Shown: positions 27,291-41,266, numbered from the whole stretch's first letter. The stretch is 63,970 bases of DNA, filler included, from Octopus bimaculoides (GCF_001194135.2; 4 parts of 4 records of this genome joined end to end with filler, not necessarily neighbours in it), one strand, 5' to 3'. Numbers and translations are program-made. Notes: generated from the sequence alone by a model not told the origin.

Positions 27291-27795
27291 ATTTGAGCCA
27301 TGTTTTGGTGGAAATCAAAGCTCTTAAGGGTCACCACAATCAGAGTATTTGGCAATGATCCCCCAGCCAAGTTCCATGCAAGGAACATTGTTTTAATTTC
27401 TTCAAATTGCCAGTTTCTGTGTATTTTAAAGCCTTACACCATGGAACCACCACTACCAGATTTTGCAAAGAGCAATGGTACATCTCACTATGAACTCAAA
27501 TGCTATTTGGATTTAACACACCCACCTCCTCCATGTGACAGCTTTCAACATCCATCTCTCTCACCAATCTCATCTTTCTTCTCCATTTCCCCTCCTTCTT
27601 TTCTTTCCCCACTTACGTTCCACACACATACATAACTTACCCCCACTCCAGCATACAACATACATATCTACTGCACAAGCATGCATATACACACACACGG
27701 AAGTTTACATGTAGTCATAGTCATACACACACATGCACACACAAATGCATATGTACACACACAACAACATACATCAACCAGCCTCTAAATCCCAC

Positions 27796-27884
27796 ATCCT
27801 AATACTGATACACCATGCTGCTACTAACAGTATTAGGATGTTAGATCCTAATACTGCTACTATCAGTATTAGGATGTTAGATCC
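27796..27884. repeat. Cluster of alternating 12-bp inverted repeats
   Basis: ATCCTAATACTG (27796), CAGTATTAGGAT (27828), ATCCTAATACTG (27845), CAGTATTAGGAT (27864). Confidence 0.9.
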
Positions 27885-28384
27885 ATTCTCTCTCACCCAC
27901 ACTCACATAAAAGACAAATGCACACACACACATATATAAACACAAAAATGCACATATATACTACCATCCAACACAGCACTTCCTAATATAGAAACACCCT
28001 ACTTGCAATCTGCATGCAAAAAAAAACAAACAAACATATATACACATATGTGCACTCCAAACACACTAATATCTCACACACACACACTCACACAATGGAC
28101 ATCTTTGTACTCTCCTGCCTTCAAAAACCACATTCTCTATCTCTCTTCAACTTCAGATGAATTATCTTTTGGCCATGCAATGACATATGCATTTTTTCCA
28201 GACTTCTGCTCCTTCCTATTTTCCTTCTCTGGATTTTCTCTACTAGCCATGCTCAAAACATCATTTCTCCTCCTATTTTCCCTTCTAAAATTTTCACCGA
28301 GTGTCAATCCAATTGACTTTTGCTGTTTTTTTTTTTTTTAATCCTTGGATTTATATATTAGAGATGATCTGGACAGCAATGAAT

Positions 28385-29330
28385 AGCTCCCATTTCTGGA
28401 CATTTTGATTATAAAAAAAATCCAACAACCAAATTGCATGTGACATCTACCACAAACCAACAGACTCAAAACAGTATCTCCTTTTCAGCTCATGCCATCC
28501 TAAACACACCAAAATCAATATCTCATTTAATCTAGCAAAAAGACTCTGTACAATTGTATCTGATACAACTACTTGGGAACTTTGCCTACAAGACCTCAAA
28601 ATAACACTCACTGAATGTCAATATCCACCCACACTTATAGACCATGGAATTAAACGTGCCAAAATATTGGACACAAACACACTAAGGACAACAAAACAAA
28701 ACACCACACCACACTTTAAATCACTCCCATGTATATCAACCCATAACCCCAGAAACAATGAAGCATATAACACAATTGTACAAAATCTCCCTCTGCTCAC
28801 TCAAGACCCAAAAATGAATAACATTCTGAATATACATAAACTCCTCAAATGCAAAAAGACAACACAAATCACTTAAGAGACTCCTAACAAATGCAAAACT
28901 GTACTCAACACATACGATACCAACAGTTAAAAAATGCAGAAGACCTACCTAAATGAAGGCTCAGAATTCACATTCCAGCAAGGAGAAATATTTTCAATTA
29001 AGACCAACTTCACATGTGCCTCCCAGAACCTAATTTATATCCTAACCTGCTCAGGTTGTGACCACAATTATGTGGGCCAAATGAGCCTTACTTTGAGATG
29101 CAGAGTTACACTACATAAAGAACAGATTCATTTTCTTCAATACAGGCAACTGGCTCTGAGCGAACATATTAACAGATGCACAACAAATAAAACACCGAAT
29201 TTCCATATTTTTCCATTATACCAATGCAAAGATTCAATCTCCTTACAAGAAGGCTTAAACAAGGAAGACCTGTTCATACAAAAGTACAGACCACACCTTA
29301 ATATACAAACTTGACTACCTGATCCCTACA
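28385..29330 (+). mobile_element. Penelope-like element, 3' part (RT thumb + GIY-YIG endonuclease)
   Basis: Frameshifted FLDILIIKK..DIYHKPTDSKQYL.FSSCHPKHTKINISFNLAKRLCTIVSD, then NFTCASQNLIYILTCSGCDHNYVGQ..LRCRVTLH..EDLFIQKYRPHLN (GIY-YIG with CxxC). Confidence 0.9.
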
Positions 29331-29935
29331 CATATGTATATAATTATGTGCTTTGACTACAGCATTAGAGAATTTTAGCTCTTATTTCTAGCGATAGAGG
29401 TGTTCCTAACACCCTAGTCATATTTAATGACAATTATAGTTTTCCTTTTTGGCAAAACATTGCACCATTGCACACTGCTGTCTATATATATATATATATT
29501 GAAGTAAGAAAATAGAGAGTTTAAATGGATATAAATTAATTTATTAAAATATTGTTAATTAAGCCTACAATTGTTTCAGTTTACACCCAATATAAATTAC
29601 GAACCTATAGAATAAAATAAGTTTGCATTTTGAAGATTTTGAGTAAAATATCAGCAGATCAATGGACGTGAAAGAAAATACATGTTGATCAATTGAGTTA
29701 CTCCAACTGACTAAGTAGATGAAAATATGTTTAATAAAAAAGATATAAAAATAAAAAATAAAAATGTATAGGCAGAATAAAATAAAACCGTTATAAATGT
29801 GGATGTCTATTGCCTATGTTAATTTGTGTGTGTGTGTGCATGTAAGTGTGTTAAAAAACTAATCAAATCAAATCCATTTATTTATATGTGCGTGTGCACG
29901 TAATTATTCGAAAATGAAATCCAACCATTTTTATC

Positions 29936-32900
29936 ATCATCATCATCGTTTAATGTCCGCTTTCCATGCTAGCATGGGTTGGATGATTTGACTGAGGACT
30001 AGTGAACCAGAGTGCTACACCAGGCTCTAATCTGATCTAGCAGAGTTTCTACAGCTGGATGCCCTTCCTGACACCAACCACTCTGAGAGTGTGGTGGGTG
30101 CTTTTACATGCCACCGGCACGAGGGCCAGTCAGGCAGTACTGGCAACAGCCACACTCAAAATGGTGTTCTTTACGTGTCACCTGCACAGGAGCAAGTCCA
30201 GTGGCACTGGCATCGACCTCGCTCGAGTGTTTTTCATGTGCCACTGGCACAAGTGCCAGTAAGTTTACGCTGGTAACGATCACGCTTAAATGGTGCTATT
30301 TACGTGTCACAGAAGCCAGACAGCTGCTCTGGCAATGATCACGCTCGGACAGAGCTGTTGGCGCTCCACTGGCACAGATGCCAGTCATCGAATTTGATTC
30401 AATTACAATTTCGATTTCACTTGCCCCAACAGGTCTTCACAAGCAGAGATTAGTGTCCAATGAAGGAAAAGTACGCATAATGGGCTGGCTACACTCCTGG
30501 CATTATGGCCTCACTTGCTTTGCCGGATCTTCTCACGCACTGCATATTTCCAAAGGTCTTGGTCACTAGTCATTGCCTCAGTAAGGCCTAATGTTCGAAG
30601 GTCGTGCTTCACCACCTCATCCCAGGTCTTCCTGGAAGATGTAGCTTCCACAGGTTCCCTCAACCGCTAGGGTGTGGCACTTTTTCACACAGCTATTCTC
30701 ATCCATTCTCGCCACATGACCATACCAGCGCAATTGTCTCTCTTGCACACAACTGATGCTTCTTAGGTCTAATTTTTCTCTCAAGGTACTTACACTCTGT
30801 GGAGTATGCACACTGACATTACACATCCATTGGAGCATACTGGCTTCATTTCTTGTGAGCTTACACATGTCCTCAGCAGTCACGGCCCATGCTTCACTGT
30901 GATGTAGCATGGCTGTTTGTACACATGCATCATTTTACTCTGAGCGAGAGGCCCTTTGTCACCAGCAGAGGTAAGAGCTCTCTGAACTTTGCCCAGGCTA
31001 TTCTTATTCTAGCAGCTATACTTTCAGCGCACACTCCCCCACTACTGACTTGGTCACCTAGGTAACTGAAGCTGTCAACTACTACTAGCTTTTCTCCCTG
31101 GACTGTAGCAAAAGTTGTTTTCAGTGTTTATTGCTCCTGAGAATCTGCCACATACAAAAACTATCTTCCTAGTTAGCCTTCCTTTGATATTGCTGCACCT
31201 TTTATGTGTCCATAGCTTACATTGGGCACAACTTACAGGAGTTTCTACCTACACCTTTTCTACAGATCGAGCAGGGCCATCTACCTGAAGGGGTTTGCGT
31301 TTTGTCTACCTTTCTACTTATTAGGACTTTGGCTTTAGCTAGGTTGACTCTAAGGCTCTTCGATTCTAGTCCTTACTTCAACACCTGAAACTTCTCCTCT
31401 AGTTTTGATAGTGACTCAGCAATTAGTGCAAGGTCATCAGCATAGAGGAGCTCTCAGGGACATCCTGTCTTGAATTCCTGTGTTATTGCCTGGAGGACTA
31501 TGATAAATAGGAGGGGGCTGAGGACTGATCCTTGGTGGACCCCTACCTGTACCCAGAATTCTTCACTGTACTCATTGCCCACCCTCACCTTACTGACAGT
31601 GTCCCTGTACATGGCTCGCACAGCTCTCACTAATCATTCATCTATCCTTGGTTTCCTCATTGACCACCAGATAAGAGAACGGGAGACCTTGTCAAAGAAA
31701 GCCAGATACAGAAGTTTATCTTTGGCTAGGTATTTCTCCTGAAATCTCCAGTTGTCTTCTACATCATGTGAAGCTATATCACCTTCTATTTCGTTAAAGG
31801 CTTCGAGTAATATGTCCCTAAATCTCTGTCCTTTGGCAGGATCCTTTAAGCTTCCAGACCCTTCTCCTCCATGCTGGTTGTCTTGTGGGCAACCACTTAG
31901 CCCTGATCCTGAAGTCAATAACTACTAGTCTATATTGTGGGGTACATTCTTCACCTGGGAAGGTTTTGGCATTTATATGCAGCCACTTTTCCCTTTTTCT
32001 GGCGAGGATGTAGTCAATTTGGTTAGTGTGTCTGCCAGAACGGTAGGTGACTGGCAGGTTTCCTGAAGTTAGTATTGCAAACCATAAGGTCATTTGCATC
32101 GCAGAACACCAGCAGCCTGGTTCCCTCCTCATTGTGGGAACCAAAACCATAGCCTCCATGTACGTCATGGAAGCCCCCTGTATATTGTCCAACATGTCCA
32201 TTGAAGTCACCAGCCACAAAGAGAAGGTCCCTGTCATTTGTCAACGAGGTAGTCTGCAAGAGGGTGTCATAAAATCGGTCTTTCTGTCCATCGGGTAGTC
32301 CCGGCTGAGGGGCATAGGCTGAGATAATGGTTGCTAACCCATGATNNNNNNNNNNNNNNNNNNNNNNNNNNNNNNNNNNNNNNNNNNNNNNNNNNNNNNN
32401 NNNNNNNNNNNNNNNNNNNNNNNNNNNNNNNNNNNNNNNNNNNNNNNNNNNNNNNNNNNNNNNNNNNNNNNNNNNNNNNNNNNNNNNNNNNNNNNNNNNN
32501 NNNNNNNNNNNNNNNNNNNNNNNNNNNNNNNNNNNNNNNNNNNNNNNNNNNNNNNNNNNNNNNNNNNNNNNNNNNNNNNNNNNNNNNNNNNNNNNNNNNN
32601 NNAGGCCTACCTCACAGTGTGCTGACGTTGAGTTTGCCAACCCTGAGGATATGGGAGGTGTGGGCCCGTGGGACCCTGGGACGGGGGACAGCAGCGTCAT
32701 GTACCTGAAAAGAAAGCTCGCATTTGGCANNNNNNNNNNNNNNNNNNNNNNNNNNNNNNNNNNNNNNNNNNNNNNNNNNNNNNNNNNNNNNNNNNNNNNN
32801 NNNNNNNNNNNNNNNNNNNNNNNNNNNNNNNNNNNNNNNNNNNNNNNNNNNNNNNNNNNNNNNNNNNNNNNNNNNNNNNNNNNNNNNNNNNNNNNNNNNN

Positions 32901-32950
32901 NNNNNNNNNNNNNNNNNNNNNNNNNNNNNGGGGGGTGCCCATGAACAGAG
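29936..32950 (-). mobile_element. RTE-clade LINE, internally deleted, with structured 3' UTR and (GAT)n tail
   Basis: APE motifs (IISAYAPQPGL..VAGDFNGHVG; QIDYILARK..PGEECTPQYRLVV), RT (ELLYADDLALIAES) and C-terminus (RQLRWYGHVARMDENS). The 3' UTR ends acccatgctagcatggaaagcggacattaaacgatgatgatg. Two N gaps. Confidence 0.92.
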
Positions 32951-33599
32951 TAAGGCAGAGGTTTTAAGATCAAGTAGGAGAATCGGGGTGTGTGCGTTAG
33001 TTTATAGTCCTGGCGAAGCAAGAGGTAGTCGAGAGAGAAAGAGAGAGAGAGAAATTGAGAGAGACAGAGTGAGGCAGAGAGAAGGGGGGGTTAGGGTTAG
33101 TGGTCAGAACACGAGGGAGAAAAATATTCTTTTGGGATTTGTGTAGCGTAGTTTAATGAGACAGCAAATGTTGATAATAGTAATATAGAATTGAAAAATC
33201 TGAGAGTTTTCAGTCAGCTAATCTAAGACAGAATTATAGAAATAAGTGACTGTGTGATAAACTCGAATAAATGAATGAATTTGATGACATGATAATGAAA
33301 TAGAATAGTGAAAGCACTAAGTAAGCTGTTATGATCTGCACAAAAATAGAAGGGTATGAACGAGGTTGAAAAGACAGAAAATTTCTTATCTGGACATCCT
33401 TCTGAGATTCGTGTATTATTATGTTTATATTTAGGTTTATGTGTGTACATGTATGTATACATGAAATAAACTAAAGAAAATACTAATATTAGATAGATAT
33501 CAATATCTTTTATAGTTTACAGTAAGATTATCAATAAATATGTTATTAAAATTTTCAATGTATGTATATAAGACAAAATTATGATTAATATTAATATTA

Positions 33600-34100
33600 T
33601 TTAGAATTTTCATATTAATTAATTTACATATTGATCACTATCACAATCATTTCATAATTAGGCTTAATATTTATTTTCACAAAGTTATCTTTATTTTTGA
33701 ATTGATGTTTGTTTATTTAAGGGTTTAAATAATCACGATCTATTATTATATTCATGTCATTTTTATTTATATCATGTTTATTAATAGTTCTAGTTTTAGT
33801 CCATTTATTATTATTTTTAGTTGCTTTATTTCACATTTTATCATCTCTATTTTTATTTATATCGTTTTCATCAGGCCTATAATATTTTTTTCATGTTTAT
33901 ACCCTGTTTTTGTGAGTGCTATATTATAGTAATCTACATTATTATAGAAAATCTCTTCATAAGACAAAAGGTAAGAAATTCTTTTTCTGATATTTTCAAT
34001 AGAAATAGTCCATAATTTTTAAAGAATTTATAGAATTTTTTCTTGTATAGTTCTAATTTTCTATTGGATGGGTTTTAATGACAAAAAAATGCACCATCCC
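33600..34100 (-). mobile_element. Inverted fragment of a Penelope-like element (post-RT region)
   Basis: Minus-strand KRISYLLSYEEIFYNNVDYYNIALTKTGYKHEK resembles the RRIS.LS..EEIF......Y..AL...GY motif that follows NHPP in this PLE group. Confidence 0.6.
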
Positions 34101-34199
34101 AATATAATCCACCTCTAAGTTCAGGAAATTCCCTTATTTAAGTCAAATAAAATATATATGTGTACAAGGTCTGTTATTTGTGCAGAATCTGCTGATCCC

Positions 34200-36050
34200 A
34201 TCATTATATCGAAACAATTATTAGTATTCTTTCTGACCCAATATTTATTATCAAACTTAACTGATTTTCTAGCTGTTTAGTACTATTGGAAGTATGCATA
34301 ATACAACTACTTGATAGTACAGGGTGAAATCTGAAGGTGAAAGAGAATGAATACTCTACTACGTTCTTAACAGAGTATACCATAACTAATATTGATGGAA
34401 ACCAGGAAACCAGTCAAAATCACTTTTTACATTAGAGTACTATAGAGTGTTAAAGGATGGAGAAAGAAAACCTCAACTTCTCACTGAAAGACATCCCCAT
34501 ACCAACCAAGAACAAACACTTAAAACAACTATCAGCCAACACAAGCGCCTTCATAAGAAGAATGAGATGGAAAGCATTCTTCTATGACAAGAAAAACAGC
34601 ACACAAGAGTACCAGAAGGAAGAAAACACATTCAAGAAAGAATTCAAATCCCTGAGAAACCCACCAACAAATCAACACCTGATGCAATTCAAAGAGGAAC
34701 TACACAAAATAATAAAGAACATCAAATTCAGGAAATACTCAAGAAGGAACAACAAACACCAACAGAAACTGAAAAAAATACTGGAAGCTTTTAAAAATGC
34801 AAACGGAATACTAGTGCCTGTGGACAAAATTGGTAACCTTTATATTGTGAACACCACACTTTATAATAATTTAATTAGAAAAGAAATACTTAGCAAAGAC
34901 AAACATACACATAACAATATCTTAACTAATATAAACAACAAAGGATATGAAATAGTAAAAAGACTAGAGATAGAAGATAGGAGAGAACCATATGTCCCAA
35001 AAAAACCTAAGATAAACCTTAAAGACCATGAAAATAACTTTGATTGTGATCCTAAAGTCAGACTAATATGTCTATTGAAATCAGACATAGGACGTATAAG
35101 CAAAAACATCACAGATAATAATGCCCAAACACCAAATTAAGATTGGATTTTCCTTATGGTTAGACATTTGGGAGTTAATAAGATAGTATAAAAAAATATG
35201 AAAAACAAAAAACTCCAAATTTATACAATTAGATATAGATAACTACTAATCCACAAGTACTCAATAAAGCACTCATATTTGCAATGAAAAATTCTAGCCT
35301 ATCTAAGTAGGATGTAGAGATAATATTAACGTCATAAGAAACTGTTATTAATTATGGCAACAAATTATGGATGAGATCAGATAGAATGAATTCCTTCAAT
35401 ATACCAAAGAGTTTGAGTGACTCAGCTCAGGTCATGGATATTGTAGGAATCTACATCTCATTCCACATCAAATCCTCATTGCCATAAATAGCGAGGTATC
35501 TATAGAGAGACGATGCCCTTTTCGTAATAGATAATTGTACTAAACTAGAAATAGTGATACAGAAAAAAAAAACTACACAAATTATTTTAAAATGTTGCCC
35601 TATCAATAACCATAGACAGTAATTACAATAAAGTAAATTTCCTAGATGCTACTTTTAACTTAGAAACAGTGATGTACGAACTATACCACAAACCAGATGA
35701 GTGTCCTAGATACATAAATGTAAAGTCCAATCATCCACCATCCCTAACTAAAGGAATAGTTAGGAACTTAACCACCAGAATATCACGCCTATAACGAGAC
35801 AATATTCAACATACATGCACTTTACTACAATGAAGCACTAGCTAGGTACTGAGTATAAGGAAAAAATCAAGTTCACACCTGGTGAAGCTCTACATAATAC
35901 TAATACCCACACACCAAAAGTAGAAAACACACACATTAAAAACAACAAACACAAAAACCCAAGGCACAATGCACAAAATGCTAACAACATAAAAAACCTT
36001 CCTATTTTGAGTTTTTTTTTTATACAGTTACAAATCAAATATTTTTTTCA
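34200..36050 (+). mobile_element. Penelope-like element (Naiad/Chlamys-type), degraded, lacking the endonuclease end
   Basis: NFSLKDIPIP..FIRRMRWKAFFY..PVDKIGNLY..INLKDHENNF..PKVRLIC..KSDIGRISK, a disrupted IYRDD motif, and FLDATFNL..LYHKPD..YINVKSNHPPS. The clade name is from recollection. Confidence 0.8.
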
Positions 36051-36059
36051 TTTGGCATC

Positions 36060-39000
36060 CACTTCTAGGAAATCTGTATGTTTTCTTTTGCTTGTGTGTC
36101 TGGCTTCCATTATTTGTAGTGGCGTTAGTACTTGAAAAGTTTGGTAATCACACCATCTTCCCAACTTTGTTTACATGCCTTAACAAATAAATTTTCACCA
36201 ATTTTGAAATATCTTGTATTATCCAATGCAATCTTTCTTTTCTTGCCAGGTAGCAATTTGTCGAAGATGGATTTTGTTTTCCTTGCAAACATCAGCTACA
36301 CTGATGATATACCTGCTGGTGTGTTTGGATGTGGCGTCGCACAGTGTACCCTTAAGAATTGTTGTAAAACTATCTCATTCGTGACTTCCTTATTCGACTG
36401 TGTTAGGGCTCTCTTGAACGTATCGACAAAGCATTCTGCTTGTCCATTAGATCTGGGTCGGTATGGTACTATAGTTACATGTTTTACAAAAGTTTTAAAA
36501 CTAAAAAGACACAAATTGCTTTCCTTTGTCAGACACTATCATGTCTAGGATGCCAAATCTTGCAAAAAGCTCATGTAGAAAGTTTGTTGCAGTTGAGGAG
36601 GTTGGCTTTTTACACTTACAAATTTCTGGTCATTTAGAGAAACTATCAACTACCACTAAGTTGTATGAACCATTTAAGGGACCAACAAAATCGATGTGTA
36701 GTCTCAACTACAGAACATCTAGTTTAGGCCACGGTTCACTTTTTATTGTCAGTAATTTTGCTGCTAGCACACATCTTCTGCAGCCTGTCACTAAATTTTT
36801 GATTTTTCTATCCATTTTTGCCCACTACACATCAAAGCTTTCATCCTCAAAATACTAGGGTGTCCAACATGGGATTCCCTCAACATTTTCTTTTGCAGCG
36901 TTTCAGGTATTACTTCTCTCTGTGTATACATCAGTGCGCCATCACAAATTGAGTATAGGTTCATGTCTTGATTTCATTTCACCCCAATTCTGTTCCTATT
37001 TACTTTTCCTGTCTACAGTATTCTTTTCGTTTTTGTTATGAACTTGTCCTTTTCCGCATTTTGTTTTATGTATTCGAGGGTCACCAGTAGTTTATGTACC
37101 ACATTCCACATTACATTTTTTATTTCTCCTTCTGATCTAAAAGCTGCAATTACCATATCTTCGAATGATTCACCATCTTTCAGTATCAGTGTAGACATAC
37201 CCTCTGCATACCCTAGATTTTTTTGACAGCAAACATTCCAATTTGTAATCATAATTCAATAATGTGGTGCCCCATCACTAGTCTATTCACTGCGTGTGCT
37301 GGTATTTTTTTTCTAGAATTGTATGTTGACAGTAGTGGGATCTGTTTGTAGACAGAAATTTCTTTCATGAATAAATCTATAGAATTTTTTCACACCAAAT
37401 ATGATTGCTAATGCTTCCTTTTCTATTTGGCTGTAGTTCCTTTCTGCTGATAAAAATGATTGTGACGCATGGGCTATAACCTTTTTACTCCTATCGTCAT
37501 ATTTGTGCAGAAGCACTGCTCCTACACTGTTATCACTCACATCTGTAGCCAATATAATTTCCAGCTTCAGATCAAAATGCATTAACGATAAGTTCGATAT
37601 TAAAGTGTTCTTTAATTTGTCAAATGCCTTCAGTCCAGCACCATTTTGCATTTTTCTTTAACAAATCATTAAGTGGGGCTCTTACATTGTGTCTATTGGG
37701 AATATAAATTTGGTAGTAATTCACTAATCTCAAGAATGCTTGTAGCATAGTCACATTATTAGGTGTGTGCATATTTTTTATTGCAGTTGCACTGGATGGA
37801 TCCAGTTTCTATCCATTTTTATCTATTATCTGGCCCAAGTATTTAATTTTTTTCAGAAAAAACTCATATTTTTCATCACTTAGCTTAAAGCTGTATTCTC
37901 TTATCTTTTCAAATACCCTTTTTTATGTATTCTACATGTTGTTCGTGTATTTCACTTTTTATTAGAATATTGTCTAAGTAGGCAATAGCAAAATCACTGT
38001 CTGCCAGCATTGTATCCACTACTTATTGAAATATGGAAGGAGCTACTTTTACGCTGAAGGGAAGCTGCTTAAATTTGAATAAGCCACAGTGTGTATTAAT
38101 GGCTAGTAAGTGTGAGCATTCTTCTACTTGGATTTGTAAATATGCCTCCGAGAGGTCTAATTTTGAGAAGAATTTCCCTCCATTCAACTTTGTGAACACT
38201 TCCTCAGAACTAGGCAATGGGTAGTTATGTGGGATTAAGCAATCATTCAACCTCGTTGAAAAATCTGCACAAACTCTTAACTTACTATTTTTCTTTTTTA
38301 TATAGACCATAGGTACTGCCCAATCTGAGTGGTGTGTCTTCTTGATTATTCCTAGGCTTTCAAGTTCCTTATTTAGTGCTGTGAATGGTACATTAAATTT
38401 TGGCTTAAATATAGGTGTTGCGTGTTGTTTTACTACAGTTTTTGCTTTCGTTTTCATGCAGCAGCCCAGGTCATACTAGAAAACATCTGGAAATAAATGT
38501 TTTATTTTTTGTTTCAATCTCTCAGCTGTATTCAAACCTCCGACTGAACCGACTATACACAAAACACTTATGGGCATATTCCACAATTTGAACAGTTCCA
38601 TCCACTCTGTGCCAAATAGATTAACAGAATTTTTTAACACATATACTATTGCCATTTTCATTTGGTCACGAAATGTCATATTACACGCAAATTCACATCA
38701 AAATACAATCTTTTACCTGTAATACCATGTGCTACTTTTGTAGATTCACTTAATTTTGGCTTACCAATATACTTCCAAGTTTCTTCATTCACAATGGTAA
38801 TATCACTTCCAGTATCCAACTGCATTTTCAATCTTATATTTTCAATTTACACATTAACGGATTTCCTCTTTGTCACATTACCATTTTCTTTTGATGACAT
38901 CTTGTTTACTCTTTTTTTCTTTGTTCCAATATTTTATCTTGGTTTTACAATGTGCTTTTACGTGTTCAATTTTTCCACAATGGACACATTCCACTTTCTT

Positions 39001-40130
39001 AAATGGGCAGTTTTTTCTCAGGTGTAGACCTCCACATACAAAACATGGGCTTGTTTCCTGACTTTTGTCCTGTTCGTACTGTATTTTAGTGCACACTTGA
39101 TTTCAATTCTGCCTGTTTCGCACTTGTTTCATTTGGGAGAAATCTTTATGTTCAATTTTCTCTGTGTTGTGTCTTAAATTTACTATTCTTTCACACTCTT
39201 CTGACACTTGTTGTAAGGTTACAGCTTGGTTTTGTTCCAGCTTAGAAAGAATTTTTGTTCTTACTTCTGCATTTAGTCTCTGAGTAAAATATCAGGCACT
39301 TGAACATATTTGGTGTTAACTTGTCTGGTTTGAACGTTTCACATTCTGTTAACTCTGCCAGCATATGTGATCTAGTTCTCTTTGTTGTTCTTTTCTAGGC
39401 TCAAACATTTCCAGCGTGTATTGAACAATGAGCTTTTTTGCTAAAAATTTTACACAACATGTCTATTGTGTTTCTAAAATTTATGTCAGAAGGTTTTTTC
39501 GGGAGTATGTAATCGCTGTAACACTCATGTTTTCCTGCTGCCAGTTTTCTAAGGATTAGACACATTTTCATATAACTGTCCCAATCTTTGCACTCTTTAT
39601 TGAAGATCTGTTCGTATCTTGTATAGTACGCTTCAAAGGTAACTCTTTTGTCTGGTTCACTTTTAAAGTCCGTATTTGAGTTTGCAACATATGAACATAT
39701 TTTCAGCATTTTTGGATGACTTACTATTCATTAATTGCAGTATTTGTTGCTGTAATAGTAATTGTTGTTGTTGCTGTAATAGCAATTGTTGTCTTTGTAA
39801 CTCAAGCAAACCATCCAACAAATCTTCCATAATTTTACGCTTTTGAATGCCATGAAATTTGCACTACAAACTTTTGTGAGATTGTTTAATCATTGTGAGT
39901 TTGTTAATTCATCATTGCCACTGTTGTAATCCAACATCTGACTGTTATAATGTCCACTCTGGTATAGCAGTATAGTTAGACAAGTAACATACAACTATCT
40001 ATGACCGACCACCCTGACTTCTCAAGGTCAGTATTTGTAACAACTATCACATACCACTCATCATGTGGGAGGGGTGTTTCATTATTATTCTTATTATTAT
40101 CCCCATAACAGTAAGTTGGACCTATTAATA
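36060..40130 (-). mobile_element. Ty3/Gypsy LTR retrotransposon (K02A2.6-like), degraded; 3' LTR not found
   Basis: gag (TFEAYYTRYEQIF..ILPKKPSDINF), double Zn-knuckle CFVCGGLHLRKNCPFKKVECVHCGKIEHVKAHC, protease MQLDTGSDIT, RT (HSDWAVPMV..LRVCADFS..FSKLDLSEAYLQI), RNase H (IILATDVSD..NYSQIEKEALAIIFGVKKF) and integrase (PYRPRSNGQAECFVDTFKRAL). PBS-like TGGCAATGATG at 39910-39920; the putative 5' LTR starts at ~39921. Confidence 0.93.
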
Positions 40131-41266
40131 TAAATACCTATGTATTTATATTTAAAAATTCATCATCTGAAAGTCTCCACCTTTTGCATGTATACATATA
40201 TACTCGTATATATTTTGTACTTCATACCCAAACTATTAAATTTAATATATTTAATGTGTCTAATTTATTCATCCACATAACTGTCTCTATACCAGCTCAA
40301 CTTGATTCCTCTTATAATCTTTCTTTACCTTATGGAATCGGTCCTCTGTAAACACATCAGAATCAAAGTCTGAATCTTTTGAGCACTACTAAATGTCATC
40401 TATACAGACAATCTCTGGATCTCATCTGTCGACTATTTATATCAGTGGTGACTCTGGCACTCAGGCTGTTCGGGCTTAACCTGAGTAAAAATTTAGTAAA
40501 ATGAATGTGTATTTGAATCTGATTTAATTTCTGCTAACAGTGACTTCAAGTATGTAACTGAAGCCAATAACTTGGGCTCCTTTTATTGAGCCTGGTTGCA
40601 GTTCATTTATTTTCATTCAGCATCTGGCGGTCATCTTAGAGGTGCCCTGTGTCAAAAAATATCATTCATAGCAGATGTTCTCTCGACATCGTTCACGTGT
40701 CCCTGACTCAGGCTCAGAAGTTACAGCCCGAGTTGTTATCTATAATTGTAAAAATTAAAAGTAATTCAAATTCAATGTTTTCTTGAAGCAATAAATTTCT
40801 ATAGAGATTAAGATTTAAATTCTAATCTATGAAAAGTTTCCATTCTATAATATTCTTAAAGGAATGAAAAATTATCCGGCAACTTGGACTAAAATGAATG
40901 AGCTTGGTAGGTGTAAAAGACTAACCAGCATCTCTTGTCAGGAGTACAGTGACAGTCAGATCACTATTCGTTGTGCACTCTGCTGTTGTTATTTGATTAC
41001 TATTATTTTGTGCATCTATGTATAAAGATCAGTTGTGTTTTGCAGTGTTGCTTTATTTTTACCCTTAACTTAGAAATGGAGAAAGACATAGTGCTAGGTA
41101 TAAAAAATAAGCCATATGGAACTAGAAATAAAGCAGAAAAACATGAAATTCTTCGAGCAAGCATGTATCTTATGTGACATTTGTGATGAGTCCGAGTGAC
41201 GCTAATGACCTGGAGTTGCCTCTGATTTATATATATATATATATATACATGCATACATACACACAC

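Noticed and set aside
34457-35900. Selenocysteine (TGA) recoding as reported for some Naiad elements
   Set aside because: The ORF is broken by frameshifts and TAA/TAG stops, no endonuclease region is present, and no SECIS was identified.
40329-40480. Minus-strand exon-like segment with a strong acceptor and AAG|GTAAAG donor, considered as an IAH1 downstream exon
   Set aside because: Stop codons in all three frames and no DGLH motif.
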